Assembly (NCBI GenBank): GCA_963765765.1
Contig: CAVXYC010000015.1
Location: 288,001-352,000, forward strand
Direction of reading: 5' to 3'
Source: an uncultured Chloroflexia bacterium
GTDB lineage: Bacteria; Chloroflexota; UBA6077; JACCZL01
Length of the DNA: 64,000 nt
Below are positions 52,134 through 62,030 of the stretch, piece by piece. The stretch's first letter is position 1. Each line of letters starts with the position of its first letter. The notes under the pieces are model-generated. The model saw nothing but the letters and a program-made list of their open reading frames with translations, was not told where the DNA came from and did no database searches. The position numbers and the translations under genes are program-made.

Positions 52134-53228
52134 GTGGCGTCCGTCACGTATGACCGGGTGAGCAAGCGCTTCGGCGCGGATACTGTTGCGGTTCGAGACT
52201 TCTCACTTGTCGTACAGGACGGGGAATGCCTCATTCTGGTGGGTCCTTCAGGCTGCGGAAAGTCCACCTCGCTACGCATGCTCGCTGGTCTGGAAGAGAT
52301 CTCAGAAGGCGCGATCTATATCGGTGACCGCATGGTGAACAACGTCCCGCCCAGTGAGCGCGACATCGCCATGGTCTTTCAGAACTACGCGCTCTATCCG
52401 CACATGACCGTCTTTGACAATATGAGCTTCGGCTTGCGAATGCGGAAAGTGCCCCGCGCTGAAGTTGAGCGAAAAGTTCACGAGGTGGCTGGGATGCTTG
52501 GCCTGGAAGCGCTTCTGGACCGGAAGCCGCGCCAGCTTTCTGGCGGACAGCGTCAGCGTGTTGCGCTCGGGCGCGCTATCGCGCGTCAGCCGCAGGTCTT
52601 TCTTTTCGATGAGCCTCTATCTAATCTTGATGCCGCGCTACGAGCGGAGACGCGCATCCACCTGCAGCGGCTCCACAAAGACCTTGGTACTACCTTCTTC
52701 TACGTTACCCACGATCAAGTAGAAGCCATGACCATGGGCGATCGTATCGCCGTCATGCGCGATGGCGCGATTCAGCAAGTGGCGACGCCACGGGAGTTGT
52801 ATGACCACCCGTGCAATCTCTACGTCGGGACGTTCATCGGTCATCCGCGAATGAACTTGCTTCGGGTCACAGTCACTGATCGGGTGGCGCGAGCCGAGGG
52901 TGTGGAGGTCGCGCTGCCGTTTGCGACTTCAACCAGTGAAGTGATCATCGGGATACGCGCCGAGGATTTGTCGTTGCCGGCGGAAGAAGGCTCTGAGAAG
53001 CTGCGGACTACCGTGGAGATTGTCGAATGCCTCGGGTCGGATCAATTCATCTACGGCAAGATCGGCGGCGTTGAGCTGATCGCGCGTTCGCGGCCAGATT
53101 TGATTGTTTCGCCAGGAGACGTGGTGGAATTGGGAGTGAACGTGTCCCGGATTCACATATTCGATGCTGCCACTGGCGAGGCTATTTCCCAGGAGTCCAG
53201 ATCATTGGAATCGGCGGCGGCGCGGTGA
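52134..53228 (+). CDS. Carbohydrate ABC transporter ATP-binding protein (UgpC/MsmX-like)
   Basis: GPSGCGKST, VFQNYALYPHM, LSGGQRQR, DEPLSNLD. Confidence 0.95.
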   Translation: MASVTYDRVSKRFGADTVAVRDFSLVVQDGECLILVGPSGCGKSTSLRMLAGLEEISEGAIYIGDRMVNNVPPSERDIAMVFQNYALYPHMTVFDNMSFGLRMRKVPRAEVERKVHEVAGMLGLEALLDRKPRQLSGGQRQRVALGRAIARQPQVFLFDEPLSNLDAALRAETRIHLQRLHKDLGTTFFYVTHDQVEAMTMGDRIAVMRDGAIQQVATPRELYDHPCNLYVGTFIGHPRMNLLRVTVTDRVARAEGVEVALPFATSTSEVIIGIRAEDLSLPAEEGSEKLRTTVEIVECLGSDQFIYGKIGGVELIARSRPDLIVSPGDVVELGVNVSRIHIFDAATGEAISQESRSLESAAAR

Positions 53229-53246
53229 TGGACCGGATCGCGCGCT

Positions 53247-54248
53247 GTGACCGTCACCGGCGAGGCGCTCACCCAGGCGGCCCCGGTCGTCCAGGGGGCG
53301 GTGTATGCCCGGAAGGCTCGCATGAGCGAGGTGACGCTGGGCTACGCGATGCTGGCTCCGGCGCTCATTCTCCTGTTTGCGTTCGAGCTTTTTCCGATCC
53401 TGTACGGCCTCTTTATCTCCACGTGCGATTGGCGACTGAGCTGTGTGGAGTTCATCGGAGCAGACAACTACGTGCGCGCGTTCCGCGATCCCGCAATGTG
53501 GCACGCGCTGCTCGTGACAACCACGTACTCACTTATCGCCGTTGTGCTCCAGCTCAGTGTGGCGCTCTTTCTCGCTTACCTGCTCTATCAAAAGATCGCC
53601 GGGCAGGAGGCGTTCCGAGTCCTTCTGTTCTTGCCATACATCACCTCGACGGTGGCGTCGGCAGCGGTCTGGAGCTACGTCTACAGTCCGGACAATGGGT
53701 TACTCAACGCCATGCTGCGCGCCGTTGGCCTCCAGCCGTTGCGCTGGCTGCTGGAGCCCACGGGGTTATTTGCTTTGATCGCGCAGGGGTTCGGAGTGAC
53801 ACTGCCGGTCTGGGCACACGGGCCGAGTTTTGCTCTGGTGGCGATCATTATCTATACGACGTGGGTCTTTGTCGGGTATGACATCACAATCTTCCTGGCA
53901 GGTCTCTCCAATATCCCGACCGAGCTTTATGAAGCCGCGAAGGTGGACGGCGCGCGTGGCTGGAAGCTCTTTCGCCACATCACCTTTCCGCTTCTCTCGC
54001 CGACCACGTTTTTCCTCTCGCTCCTTACTGTGATCGGGACGTTTAAGGCGTTCAACCACGTCTATGTCCTGACGCAGGGTGGGCCGGGCAATGCCACGAC
54101 GACGGCGAGTGTGCTCATCTTTCAGCAGATGTACCAGGCCAATCGCTATGGCTACAGCGCCGCCCTCTCATTCATTGTGTTCTCGGTGATTCTGGTGCTG
54201 ACCCTTATGCAGCACCGGTTCGCTGCCAAGCGCGTGGTGTACGAATAG
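53247..54248 (+). CDS. Carbohydrate ABC permease (UgpA-like)
   Basis: ELYEAAKVDGA EAA loop; TM helices. Confidence 0.92.
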   Translation: MTVTGEALTQAAPVVQGAVYARKARMSEVTLGYAMLAPALILLFAFELFPILYGLFISTCDWRLSCVEFIGADNYVRAFRDPAMWHALLVTTTYSLIAVVLQLSVALFLAYLLYQKIAGQEAFRVLLFLPYITSTVASAAVWSYVYSPDNGLLNAMLRAVGLQPLRWLLEPTGLFALIAQGFGVTLPVWAHGPSFALVAIIIYTTWVFVGYDITIFLAGLSNIPTELYEAAKVDGARGWKLFRHITFPLLSPTTFFLSLLTVIGTFKAFNHVYVLTQGGPGNATTTASVLIFQQMYQANRYGYSAALSFIVFSVILVLTLMQHRFAAKRVVYE

Positions 54249-54263
54249 GATGATGTCGGTCTC

Positions 54264-55154
54264 ATGAGCGCGAAGCCTCAATTGCGAATTCGTCGGCAGA
54301 CGTCGCTTGGCCGCAAGCTCACCTACGTGCTGCTCATCATTGCCGCATTCCTGGCTGTGGCGCCGTTTGTTTACATGCTCATGGCGTCGCTCAAGACGTA
54401 CGGAAGTGTGATCGCCAATAACCTCTGGCCCTGGCCGCCGTTCGGTTCTGAAGGGCTGCAGTTCGGGAACTATCCGCAGGCTATTGAAACCATCGGTCGG
54501 GATCGCCAGTGGAACACATGGCTGTTCTTCCGCTACCTGGCAAACAGCTTGATCGTTTCAGGCTTGACGGTCATCGGTGTCCTCCTCACATCAACACTGG
54601 CGGCGTACGCGCTAGCGCGTATCAAGCTGCCGGGCCAGAACATCCTCTTCATCCTGGTGCTGACGGCGGTGATGGTTCCCGAGGATCTCACCACCGTGCC
54701 CAAGGTGGTCATGATGTTCAATCTGCAGTGGTACAACACGTATGCCGCGTTGATCGTCCCGTTTACCGTGAGTGTGTTCGGGATATTCCTACTGCGTCAG
54801 TTCTTCATGCAGATACCGCGCGAGCTTTATGAAGCCGCGGTGCTGGATGGTGTCGGACACATCGGTTTTCTGTTTCGCGTGGTTCTACCGCTGAGTCGTC
54901 CGATCCTGATGGCGCTCGGGCTGTTGACCTTTGTCTGGTCCTGGGACAACTTCAAGTGGCCGCTGCTCGTCACCCGTGATGCCAGCATGCGCGTCCTGGC
55001 GGTTGGCCTGCAGCAGTTCATCATCGGCGAAGGTCGGGAAGTGCAGCTTCTCATGGCGTTCGCCACGCTCGTCGCCGGACCAGTGATCGTGCTGTATTTC
55101 ATCACTCAGAAATACTTCAAGGAAGGGATTCTGACGACCGGTTTGAAGGGGTAG
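54264..55154 (+). CDS. Carbohydrate ABC permease (UgpE-like)
   Basis: LLRQFFMQIPRELYEAAVLDG, WDNFKWPL. Confidence 0.92.
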   Translation: MSAKPQLRIRRQTSLGRKLTYVLLIIAAFLAVAPFVYMLMASLKTYGSVIANNLWPWPPFGSEGLQFGNYPQAIETIGRDRQWNTWLFFRYLANSLIVSGLTVIGVLLTSTLAAYALARIKLPGQNILFILVLTAVMVPEDLTTVPKVVMMFNLQWYNTYAALIVPFTVSVFGIFLLRQFFMQIPRELYEAAVLDGVGHIGFLFRVVLPLSRPILMALGLLTFVWSWDNFKWPLLVTRDASMRVLAVGLQQFIIGEGREVQLLMAFATLVAGPVIVLYFITQKYFKEGILTTGLKG

Positions 55155-55196
55155 GTAGGTATTCGCCAGTATTTGCTCATGCAGAGGAGCAAGCAC

Positions 55197-56681
55197 ATGA
55201 AGATTCCAGGGTTTCGCATAGCCTCGATGCTCGCGATCGCGAGTATCGCGCTCGCGGCGTGCGCGCCACCGAGCAGTACGTCTGGCGCTAAGCCAACCAG
55301 CGCGCCGGCTGCGGCGAATCCGGCAGCGGCGCCCGCCGGTGCGAAGCCGGCTGCTGAGTCGGCAAAGCCGGCAACCGTCGCGGTGACCAACCCACCGACA
55401 TCTCCAGAGATGGTGGATTCGATCGACATTCAGGGCAAAAATATCGAGGTCACGTACTGGCACCAGCGCCCACAGAAGGATCAGGACGTCCTGCAGGAGA
55501 TGCTGGACCAGTTCAGCGCCAGCAATCCATACGGGATCAAGGCACGCGCTGAAATCGCGGGCGCGGCGTATCCCGATGTCTACAACAAGGTGAATGCTGC
55601 TCTGCAAGCGGGCCAGCCGCCCGAGGTCTCGGTGGCTTACCAGAATCAAGCCGCCTTTTACCGAGCCCAGAATGCCGTGCTGGACCTGAATCCATTTATC
55701 AAGAGCAAGAAATACGGGCTCTCTGACGAGGACCAGAAGGACTATTTCCAGACGTTTCTAGATGGCGACGCGAACCCTCAGTTCCAGGGTGAGCGCCTTG
55801 GATTTCCAACCCAGCGATCCATGGAAGTCATGTACTACAACGTGGATTGGCTAACGCAGCTTGGCTATAACGAGCCGCCCAAGGACTGGAAGACGTGGGA
55901 AGAGGCTGCATGCAAAGCGAGCGACGCTGCGCAGAACAAGTCGGGCTGGGCCTTCCGCCACGACGCCTCGAATTTCGCGTCCCAGGTCTTTGCGCGGGGC
56001 GGCCGGATCCTGTCCGCCGATGGCACCTCGTATCAATTCAACTCCGATGCCGGCGTTGAAACGATTGCCATGGCCCAGCGGATGTTCAAAAACAAGTGCG
56101 CGGTTGAGATTCCGGTGTCCGAGCGCAATGGCGAGCAGAACAGATTCGCCAACGGCCAGATCCTGTTCGTCTTTGCAACGTCCTCAGGAATGGCGGGCTA
56201 TCAGGAATCCATCAGCAAAGGCGCCAACTTCAAATGGGACATCGCGCTGTTACCAAATGGCGGCAAGCCGGCTGTGAATCTCTATGGAGCGAGCGTTTCC
56301 GTCTACAAGACCACACCGGAGAAGGAGCTTGCGGCCTGGCTCATGATCAAGTACCTGGGTGAGAAGGCCCAGACTGTGAAATGGGCCACGAGCACCGGCT
56401 ACCTGCCCGTTCGGGCGAGCGCCAAGGATGACGTCATCGGTATCTATAAGCAGGACCCGCGCTGGGGACCCGCGGCGGATTCGTACGCGAAGATGTTCGA
56501 TTGGGCGCAGTACGGCATGGTCGAATCACCGGTCGCGGGGTATGACCCCGTTCGAGACATCATCGACAAGGAGATTCTGACGAAGGTCATCACGGACTCG
56601 TCGGTCGATCCGAAAAAGCTCGTGGACGACGGCGTGGAGAAGTCCAACGCGATCCTGAAGGAGAATGCGCCCAAGCGGTAG
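55197..56681 (+). CDS. Carbohydrate/G3P ABC substrate-binding lipoprotein (UgpB-like)
   Basis: LAAC lipobox, Ala/Pro linker, VTYWH, MYYN, TGYLPVR. Confidence 0.9.
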   Translation: MKIPGFRIASMLAIASIALAACAPPSSTSGAKPTSAPAAANPAAAPAGAKPAAESAKPATVAVTNPPTSPEMVDSIDIQGKNIEVTYWHQRPQKDQDVLQEMLDQFSASNPYGIKARAEIAGAAYPDVYNKVNAALQAGQPPEVSVAYQNQAAFYRAQNAVLDLNPFIKSKKYGLSDEDQKDYFQTFLDGDANPQFQGERLGFPTQRSMEVMYYNVDWLTQLGYNEPPKDWKTWEEAACKASDAAQNKSGWAFRHDASNFASQVFARGGRILSADGTSYQFNSDAGVETIAMAQRMFKNKCAVEIPVSERNGEQNRFANGQILFVFATSSGMAGYQESISKGANFKWDIALLPNGGKPAVNLYGASVSVYKTTPEKELAAWLMIKYLGEKAQTVKWATSTGYLPVRASAKDDVIGIYKQDPRWGPAADSYAKMFDWAQYGMVESPVAGYDPVRDIIDKEILTKVITDSSVDPKKLVDDGVEKSNAILKENAPKR

Positions 56682-56711
56682 GTTTACTCGCATCGGTCTA
56701 CAGAGATGCCT

Positions 56712-56745
56712 AGAGGCAGCGCGGAGTAGCTTCCGCGCTGCCTCT
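56712..56745. terminator. Terminator hairpin between convergent genes
   Basis: AGAGGCAGCGCGGA-N6-TCCGCGCTGCCTCT. Confidence 0.75.
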
Positions 56746-56782
56746 CTTGCTCATGCCTATTCAAGCGGTTGGGTGTCCGGCT

Positions 56783-57568
56783 TCAGACCAGACCCATGCC
56801 GCCGTCCACGATAAAGATCTGGCCCGTCACGTACGCCGCCGCGTCAGATGCTAGATACACCGCCAGTAGCCCGACATCTCTGAATCGACCCTCTCGGCCG
56901 AGCGGTACCCTTTCAGATAGGTCTCGGATCGATTTCTCCATGTTTTCTGGAGAGCGCTGCTCGGGATCTGGATAGGTGCCGGGGCCGATCGCATTGACCC
57001 GAATGCCGTACGGCGCCCACTCGAGCGCGATGTCGCGCGTGAACTGATTCAGTGCTTGCTTCCCCGAGTCATATGCGGAGCTTGCTACCCGAGCACGATT
57101 CAAGACGTACGTGGTGATATTGATAACGGTGCCGGATCGACGCTCGATAAACCGTGGGCCGAATGCACGGCAGCCGAGAAACGCGTGTGTCATATTGATG
57201 TCCATGATGGATCGCCAGTCGGCGAGCGTCATCTCTCCCTCCGGTCCATCAGGGAGACGAACGATCGGCCGACGGAGTGAATCGCCTACGCAATTCACGA
57301 GAATGTCTATATCTCCGAATTGCGCGCTCACGTCGGCGGCCAGCCGCGTCATCGAATCTTCGTTCGTGGCATCGACCTGAAATGCTTTGCCAACCCTACC
57401 GTGGGCGGTGACACCGTCGAGCGCCTTTTCGGCGTTCGCCAGCGTGAGGCTAGCGATCCCCACGTCCGCGCCAGCTTCGGCCAGCACGGCGGCTAGCCCC
57501 TTGCCGATGCCTCGACCTGCGCCGATGCAGAGTGCTCGGCGACCCTCGAGGCTGAACTCCTTGATCAT
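56783..57568 (-). CDS. SDR family oxidoreductase
   Basis: GAGRGIG, YDSGK, IRVNAIGPG, VTGQIFIVDGG. Confidence 0.92.
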   Translation of the reverse strand: MIKEFSLEGRRALCIGAGRGIGKGLAAVLAEAGADVGIASLTLANAEKALDGVTAHGRVGKAFQVDATNEDSMTRLAADVSAQFGDIDILVNCVGDSLRRPIVRLPDGPEGEMTLADWRSIMDINMTHAFLGCRAFGPRFIERRSGTVINITTYVLNRARVASSAYDSGKQALNQFTRDIALEWAPYGIRVNAIGPGTYPDPEQRSPENMEKSIRDLSERVPLGREGRFRDVGLLAVYLASDAAAYVTGQIFIVDGGMGLV

Positions 57569-57611
57569 CTTTAACTCTCCTACAATATTCTTCGGCCCAC
57601 TATAAGGCGAA

Positions 57612-57671
57612 GAGTGATGAGTAATAAGCCATGACTGGTGAGTAAGACCTCACATGCGTCGCTCATCACTC
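57612..57671. repeat. Degenerate heptamer-type inverted repeat
   Basis: GAGTGATGAG ... CTCATCACTC; same motif as the 11299 element. Confidence 0.55.
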
Positions 57672-57723
57672 GCATCTCCCAGAGTAAGATTCGCGGGCAT
57701 AGTCGTGGTTTGTTGGAGTTCAG

Positions 57724-60021
57724 ATGTCCATCGTGCCCGGGGAACCTGCTCTTCTTTCAATAGCTGACGTCCGTCTGGAGGGGCCGCTCAAGGTCACCGG
57801 TCAGGCACACTATTCGGCGGACTTCTCCCGGCCAGGGATGCTTCACGCCAGGACGCTCGGCAGCCCTCATGCGCACGCGCTCATACGCTCCGTTGACGTT
57901 TCCGAAGCGAGGGTGCTGGCCGGTGTGCACGATGTGATCACCGCGCACGACATCGGACTGATTCACACCGGTAGACGGCTCATGGACTACCCGATTCTTG
58001 CCCGCGATCGCGTGCGCTTCGTGGGTGAGCGAGTCGCCGCGGTGGCGGCAGAGACGCCGGAGATCGCTGAGGAAGCGCTACGTCTGATCCACGTCGAGTA
58101 CGACGAGCTGCCGATGGCGCTGACACCCGTGGAATCTCTGGCGGACGGTGCACCGATTCTGCATCCCGATTCCGCGACGTATCAATTCCGTGGCGGCGTA
58201 CGCGATGCGGTTCCGCACCCCAATATGCAGGCGTGCAAGGTGGTAGGTAAAGGCTCGGTTGCCGACCTGGAAGTGTCATTTGCGAGCGCGGCGCGCGTCT
58301 TTGAGCACACGTTCAACACACCCAGGCAACATGCCGGCTACATCGAGCCACGTGTGTCGCTGGTCTGGATTGAGCCAGATGACACTCTGCGTGTGATTAC
58401 GACGAACAAGCTTCCGTTCAACCTCCAGGAAGAGCTGAGCATGGTCACGGGGCTCCCGCTCGAGAAGATCGACGTTGACTGCGGCTTCGTCGGCGGAGAC
58501 TTCGGCGGAAAAGGCCTGTCATTGGATGAGATGACAGGATACTTTCTGGCGCGTCGTACCGGGCGGCCGATCAAGGCGGTTCTTCCCTACGGCGAAGAGC
58601 TCACGACGACGAACTCACGCCACGCCGCGACAATCCGATTACGAACGGCCGTGGATAAAGACGGCCGGTTTCTGGCCCATGAGGGGCGAATGCTCTGGGA
58701 CGGTGGGGCCTACGCCGCGGGCAAACCACAAGCCGACGTAAACCTCATCTCGGGGAGCCGTCACTTCAATGCCTATGCGATTCCAGTCGTGCGGAGCGAG
58801 CACGTGATGGTCTACACGAACAATCTGCCCGGCGGACAGGTGCGCGGACCGGGGAACGCGCAGGTTGTCTTTGCCTGGGAGTCGCACGTGGACATGATGG
58901 CCGCTGAGCTGGGTATCGACCCGCTGGAGTTTCGTCAGCGCAACGCCTTGCGCGATGGAGATTCGGGCATGGGTGGTCAACGCATCGCGGCACCCAAAAG
59001 CCGAGAAGTCCTGGAAGCGGTGCGACGTGAATTCCATTGGGACGACCCACTGCCGCCCAATCGCGGACGCGGGCTCGCCTTCTTCACCCGAGAAACGGGC
59101 GAAGGCAAGACATCGGTGTTGATGCGAATCGCCGAGGACGGCCGGCTGGAAGTGGTGACCGGTGTCCCGGAGCAAGGCTCCGGGATTCACACCATGATTG
59201 CTCGCGTGACCGCGGCGGCGTTTGATGTCGAATTGTCGGACGTCCTGGTCACTCGGGGAACGACAACCCAGGCGCCATGGGATCCCGGGGTGGCAGCCAC
59301 GCGCTCTACGCACCTCATCGGCCAGGCCGCGCTGAATGCTATCGCCCAGCTCAGGCCAATTCTAGAATCCCTCGCCTCCGAGCTACTCGGGTGGCCCAGC
59401 GACGAGGTGCATCTACGCGATGGCAGCTTTCACCTGGGAGCTGAGTCGCGTAGCGCGATTCCCTTTCGAGAGGTTTCGCGGTTGATCAGTCGTGGTCCGC
59501 GTGTGGAAGTGACCGGTTTCTACGATAGCGCGAAATCCCATTCACCAGAGGGCCTCGCACTGAACTTCTTGGCCATGGTGTTCGAGGTCAGTGTTGACCC
59601 GGAAACGGGACGTGTGGAGATCATCGACGCACTGTCTGTGACGGACGTCGGCGGAATCATCAACCCCATAAGTCATGCTGGACAGGTTGAGGGTGGCTTC
59701 GTGTGCGGTATTGGCTCGGCCTTGCTGGAGGAGCTTGTCTCGGACGGCGGCCGAATTACGAACGGCAGTCTTGCCGACTATAAGCTGCCGAACATTGCCG
59801 ATCTGCCGCCGTTTCGAAGCTCACTGATTCGTGGGAATGATGGGCCGGGACCCTTCGGAGCCAAGGCTATCGGCGAGCACACGAATATCGGAGTGCCACC
59901 GGCGCTTGCAAATGCCATTGCACACGCTATCGGGGCGCGTGTCACTGAACTGCCAATCACGCCTGAGCGGATTCTCGACGCGTTGGCTAGCCGGGCTCAG
60001 CACAGTCTTATTAAGGGCTAA
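57724..60021 (+). CDS. Xanthine dehydrogenase family molybdopterin-binding subunit
   Basis: KVTGQAHY, HAGYIEP, VGGDFGGKG, RGPG, DPLEFRQRN, GQVEGG, GAKAIGE. Confidence 0.93.
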   Translation: MSIVPGEPALLSIADVRLEGPLKVTGQAHYSADFSRPGMLHARTLGSPHAHALIRSVDVSEARVLAGVHDVITAHDIGLIHTGRRLMDYPILARDRVRFVGERVAAVAAETPEIAEEALRLIHVEYDELPMALTPVESLADGAPILHPDSATYQFRGGVRDAVPHPNMQACKVVGKGSVADLEVSFASAARVFEHTFNTPRQHAGYIEPRVSLVWIEPDDTLRVITTNKLPFNLQEELSMVTGLPLEKIDVDCGFVGGDFGGKGLSLDEMTGYFLARRTGRPIKAVLPYGEELTTTNSRHAATIRLRTAVDKDGRFLAHEGRMLWDGGAYAAGKPQADVNLISGSRHFNAYAIPVVRSEHVMVYTNNLPGGQVRGPGNAQVVFAWESHVDMMAAELGIDPLEFRQRNALRDGDSGMGGQRIAAPKSREVLEAVRREFHWDDPLPPNRGRGLAFFTRETGEGKTSVLMRIAEDGRLEVVTGVPEQGSGIHTMIARVTAAAFDVELSDVLVTRGTTTQAPWDPGVAATRSTHLIGQAALNAIAQLRPILESLASELLGWPSDEVHLRDGSFHLGAESRSAIPFREVSRLISRGPRVEVTGFYDSAKSHSPEGLALNFLAMVFEVSVDPETGRVEIIDALSVTDVGGIINPISHAGQVEGGFVCGIGSALLEELVSDGGRITNGSLADYKLPNIADLPPFRSSLIRGNDGPGPFGAKAIGEHTNIGVPPALANAIAHAIGARVTELPITPERILDALASRAQHSLIKG

Positions 60022-60334
60022 TCCATGCGATCCTCTGGTCATCGATAACAACCGCAACGGTATCACCTGTGAAGGTGCTGACGGAGCCCCATTCATCAAT
60101 GGTCCATTTGACGCGAATCCAGTGGCGCGCAACGGGATGGTCGGGCGAATGTGACCCCGGGAGCAAACTGCAGTCAGTTCCAAAGTCATTCGTTAGCTCA
60201 GGCTTACCTGTGTGTCAATCCGAGCGATCCTTTGCTGACTGGACAACACTGGTAACGGGATAGCCTGTGAAGGTGCTGACGGCGTCGGATTTATGAACGG
60301 TCCATTCGATTACAACCCCGTCCATCGTAATTAG
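59995..60334 (+). pseudogene. Remnant of a tandem Excalibur calcium-binding domain gene
   Basis: Two repeats 198 bp apart: LRANPCDPLVIDNNRNGITCEGADG and NCSQFQSHSLAQAYLCVNPSDPL-LDNTGNGIACEGADG. Confidence 0.65.
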
Positions 60335-60498
60335 CGGCCGCGGGAAGTCTCTGGCCATCTAACCGCCCGTCCGATCGGCTCTAGCGGAGCATGAAGCGCT
60401 CACTGAACTAGCCCTGGGCTTACCGCGCACCCGGAGAGCGTTCGCCCCTCGGCTCCGTGGGGGGTGGGGGAGCGGGGCCAATACTCGCTCATCAGCCC

Positions 60499-61848
60499 CT
60501 ACGAGCTGCCCGGTATGGGTGTTCCAGTGGGCGTTGGCGATTGGGTGGGGCTCATTGTCGGCGTTGGTGTTATTGATGCCGTCGGCGCCGCAGTGGCGGT
60601 CGCCGTGGGCGTCGGTGTCGCCAACCGAATCCCCGTTATCTCACGAATCATGCTTTCGTCCAGACCTGGCGCAATGAGCTGACGATCGATATTTCGCTGC
60701 CGCGGCTCTGGGTGCCAGATCTGGTACGGGTGGCTGAATCTTCCGTTCTCGCTGATACCGGTCCACGCGCCGTCTGTCGGATTCTCGGCTGGACCCTTGA
60801 TGCGATAACGAAACTCTTTTCCTTCGTTTGAAGGCCAGTGGCGGACCCCCACAAAGTCAGGAGGCACGTCGTTATCGACAAGCCAGACTGTCGTCTCTAC
60901 GACGGACCAATCTGGATCTTCCGGATCCGGCCCGTACTGGAGCTGGAAGCGATACGCGGGATAGCTCCAAATTTCGTTGTCACCGATCCGGAACGTCACG
61001 ATCATCGCCTTCTTTTGCTCACCCATCCAGGTCAGCAGCATACGATGAAAATCGACCGGATTCACGTCGTCGCCACCACCATATGCCCAGCTCGCCGCGT
61101 CCGCGAAATGGAGATCGGAGAAGAGCCCTTTCTGATCTCCGACGGTAAACGTAATCCCGCCAAACTCGCGTGGTGCCTGAGGCTCCTCTTCCAGAATTGC
61201 CGCCGCTGCCCAACCATTGCAATGACCGGCCCACAGCAATCCCAGGCCTGCTGGCGAGAGCTCGCTCGACTCCCATTCTCGGGTTCCGGGGCTCTCCCCG
61301 CGTGTTGCCAGAACAGCACGGTCATACTTCCATAACGGCCCGCCGAAGGAATCGAGCGCTGGTCCGGCCCCGCTGACAGACCACCACCATCCAGACCATG
61401 GCTGTCGACTGGATTGCCCTTCGGCGCGGTGTGCGCGCTCAGGAACGCGCGCGGCCGCGGGGATATCTCCGAGTGCGGAGATATCCAATCGATCGGCAGA
61501 GGTTGCCTCCGCGTCCCACGCGAGTGCGCCGCGCTGAAACGCCTGCACAACGCGACCGCGGGCGATAAATCTTCGGCTCAGCGGATAGCCGAGCTCCTGC
61601 CAGCCGCCGTTCTGGAGGAATGCGTCCCAGAAGGCAATCCCAAGCGAGTCCGTGACGGCGTATCCTTCGCCACTCTTCCCGCCGGGGTGCGCTTGTGTAT
61701 AGAAGTGCCCATTGGGGATGTCATAGTCCGCAGGCTCGGCTTGGGCAGACGCTCCGGGACGAGAGAATGCCAAAACGGATGCGATGACGATGGCCCAGAT
61801 CAGTAAGAAATGAGTGATCCGACGGGAAGCTTTGGGCATGTGCAGCAA
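60499..61848 (-). CDS. Secreted transglutaminase-elicitor (GP42-like) family protein with an N-terminal surface-repeat domain and a Thr/Pro tail
   Basis: Signal peptide; PWSGWWW, PLWKYD, WAGHCNGWAAAAILEEEP, GITF..GDQKGL, DVNPVDFH, EIWSYP. Confidence 0.7.
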   Translation of the reverse strand: MLHMPKASRRITHFLLIWAIVIASVLAFSRPGASAQAEPADYDIPNGHFYTQAHPGGKSGEGYAVTDSLGIAFWDAFLQNGGWQELGYPLSRRFIARGRVVQAFQRGALAWDAEATSADRLDISALGDIPAAARVPERAHRAEGQSSRQPWSGWWWSVSGAGPALDSFGGPLWKYDRAVLATRGESPGTREWESSELSPAGLGLLWAGHCNGWAAAAILEEEPQAPREFGGITFTVGDQKGLFSDLHFADAASWAYGGGDDVNPVDFHRMLLTWMGEQKKAMIVTFRIGDNEIWSYPAYRFQLQYGPDPEDPDWSVVETTVWLVDNDVPPDFVGVRHWPSNEGKEFRYRIKGPAENPTDGAWTGISENGRFSHPYQIWHPEPRQRNIDRQLIAPGLDESMIREITGIRLATPTPTATATAAPTASITPTPTMSPTQSPTPTGTPIPGSS

Positions 61849-62030
61849 GATAGTAGTGATTTGAGGTGCCCCGTGTCAGGGCGCAGGCTTCACGCGCTGA
61901 GGCACACCTTCCGCCGACCCAATGGAGATCACGATCGCACACTGATTGATCGGTCTCGGGCGAGAGGCCTGGCGACCGATCCACCTGAACTTATTGCACT
62001 TGAGGCGCCGCCCCAAGGTTCGATTTAAGA

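Noticed and set aside
60152-60154. TGA in the Excalibur remnant as a second selenocysteine codon
   Set aside because: It does not align with a motif Cys and lies within a frameshifted stretch.
60066-60282. 19-bp direct repeat as a CRISPR array
   Set aside because: Only two copies, 198 bp apart, explained by a duplicated protein domain; no cas genes in the window.
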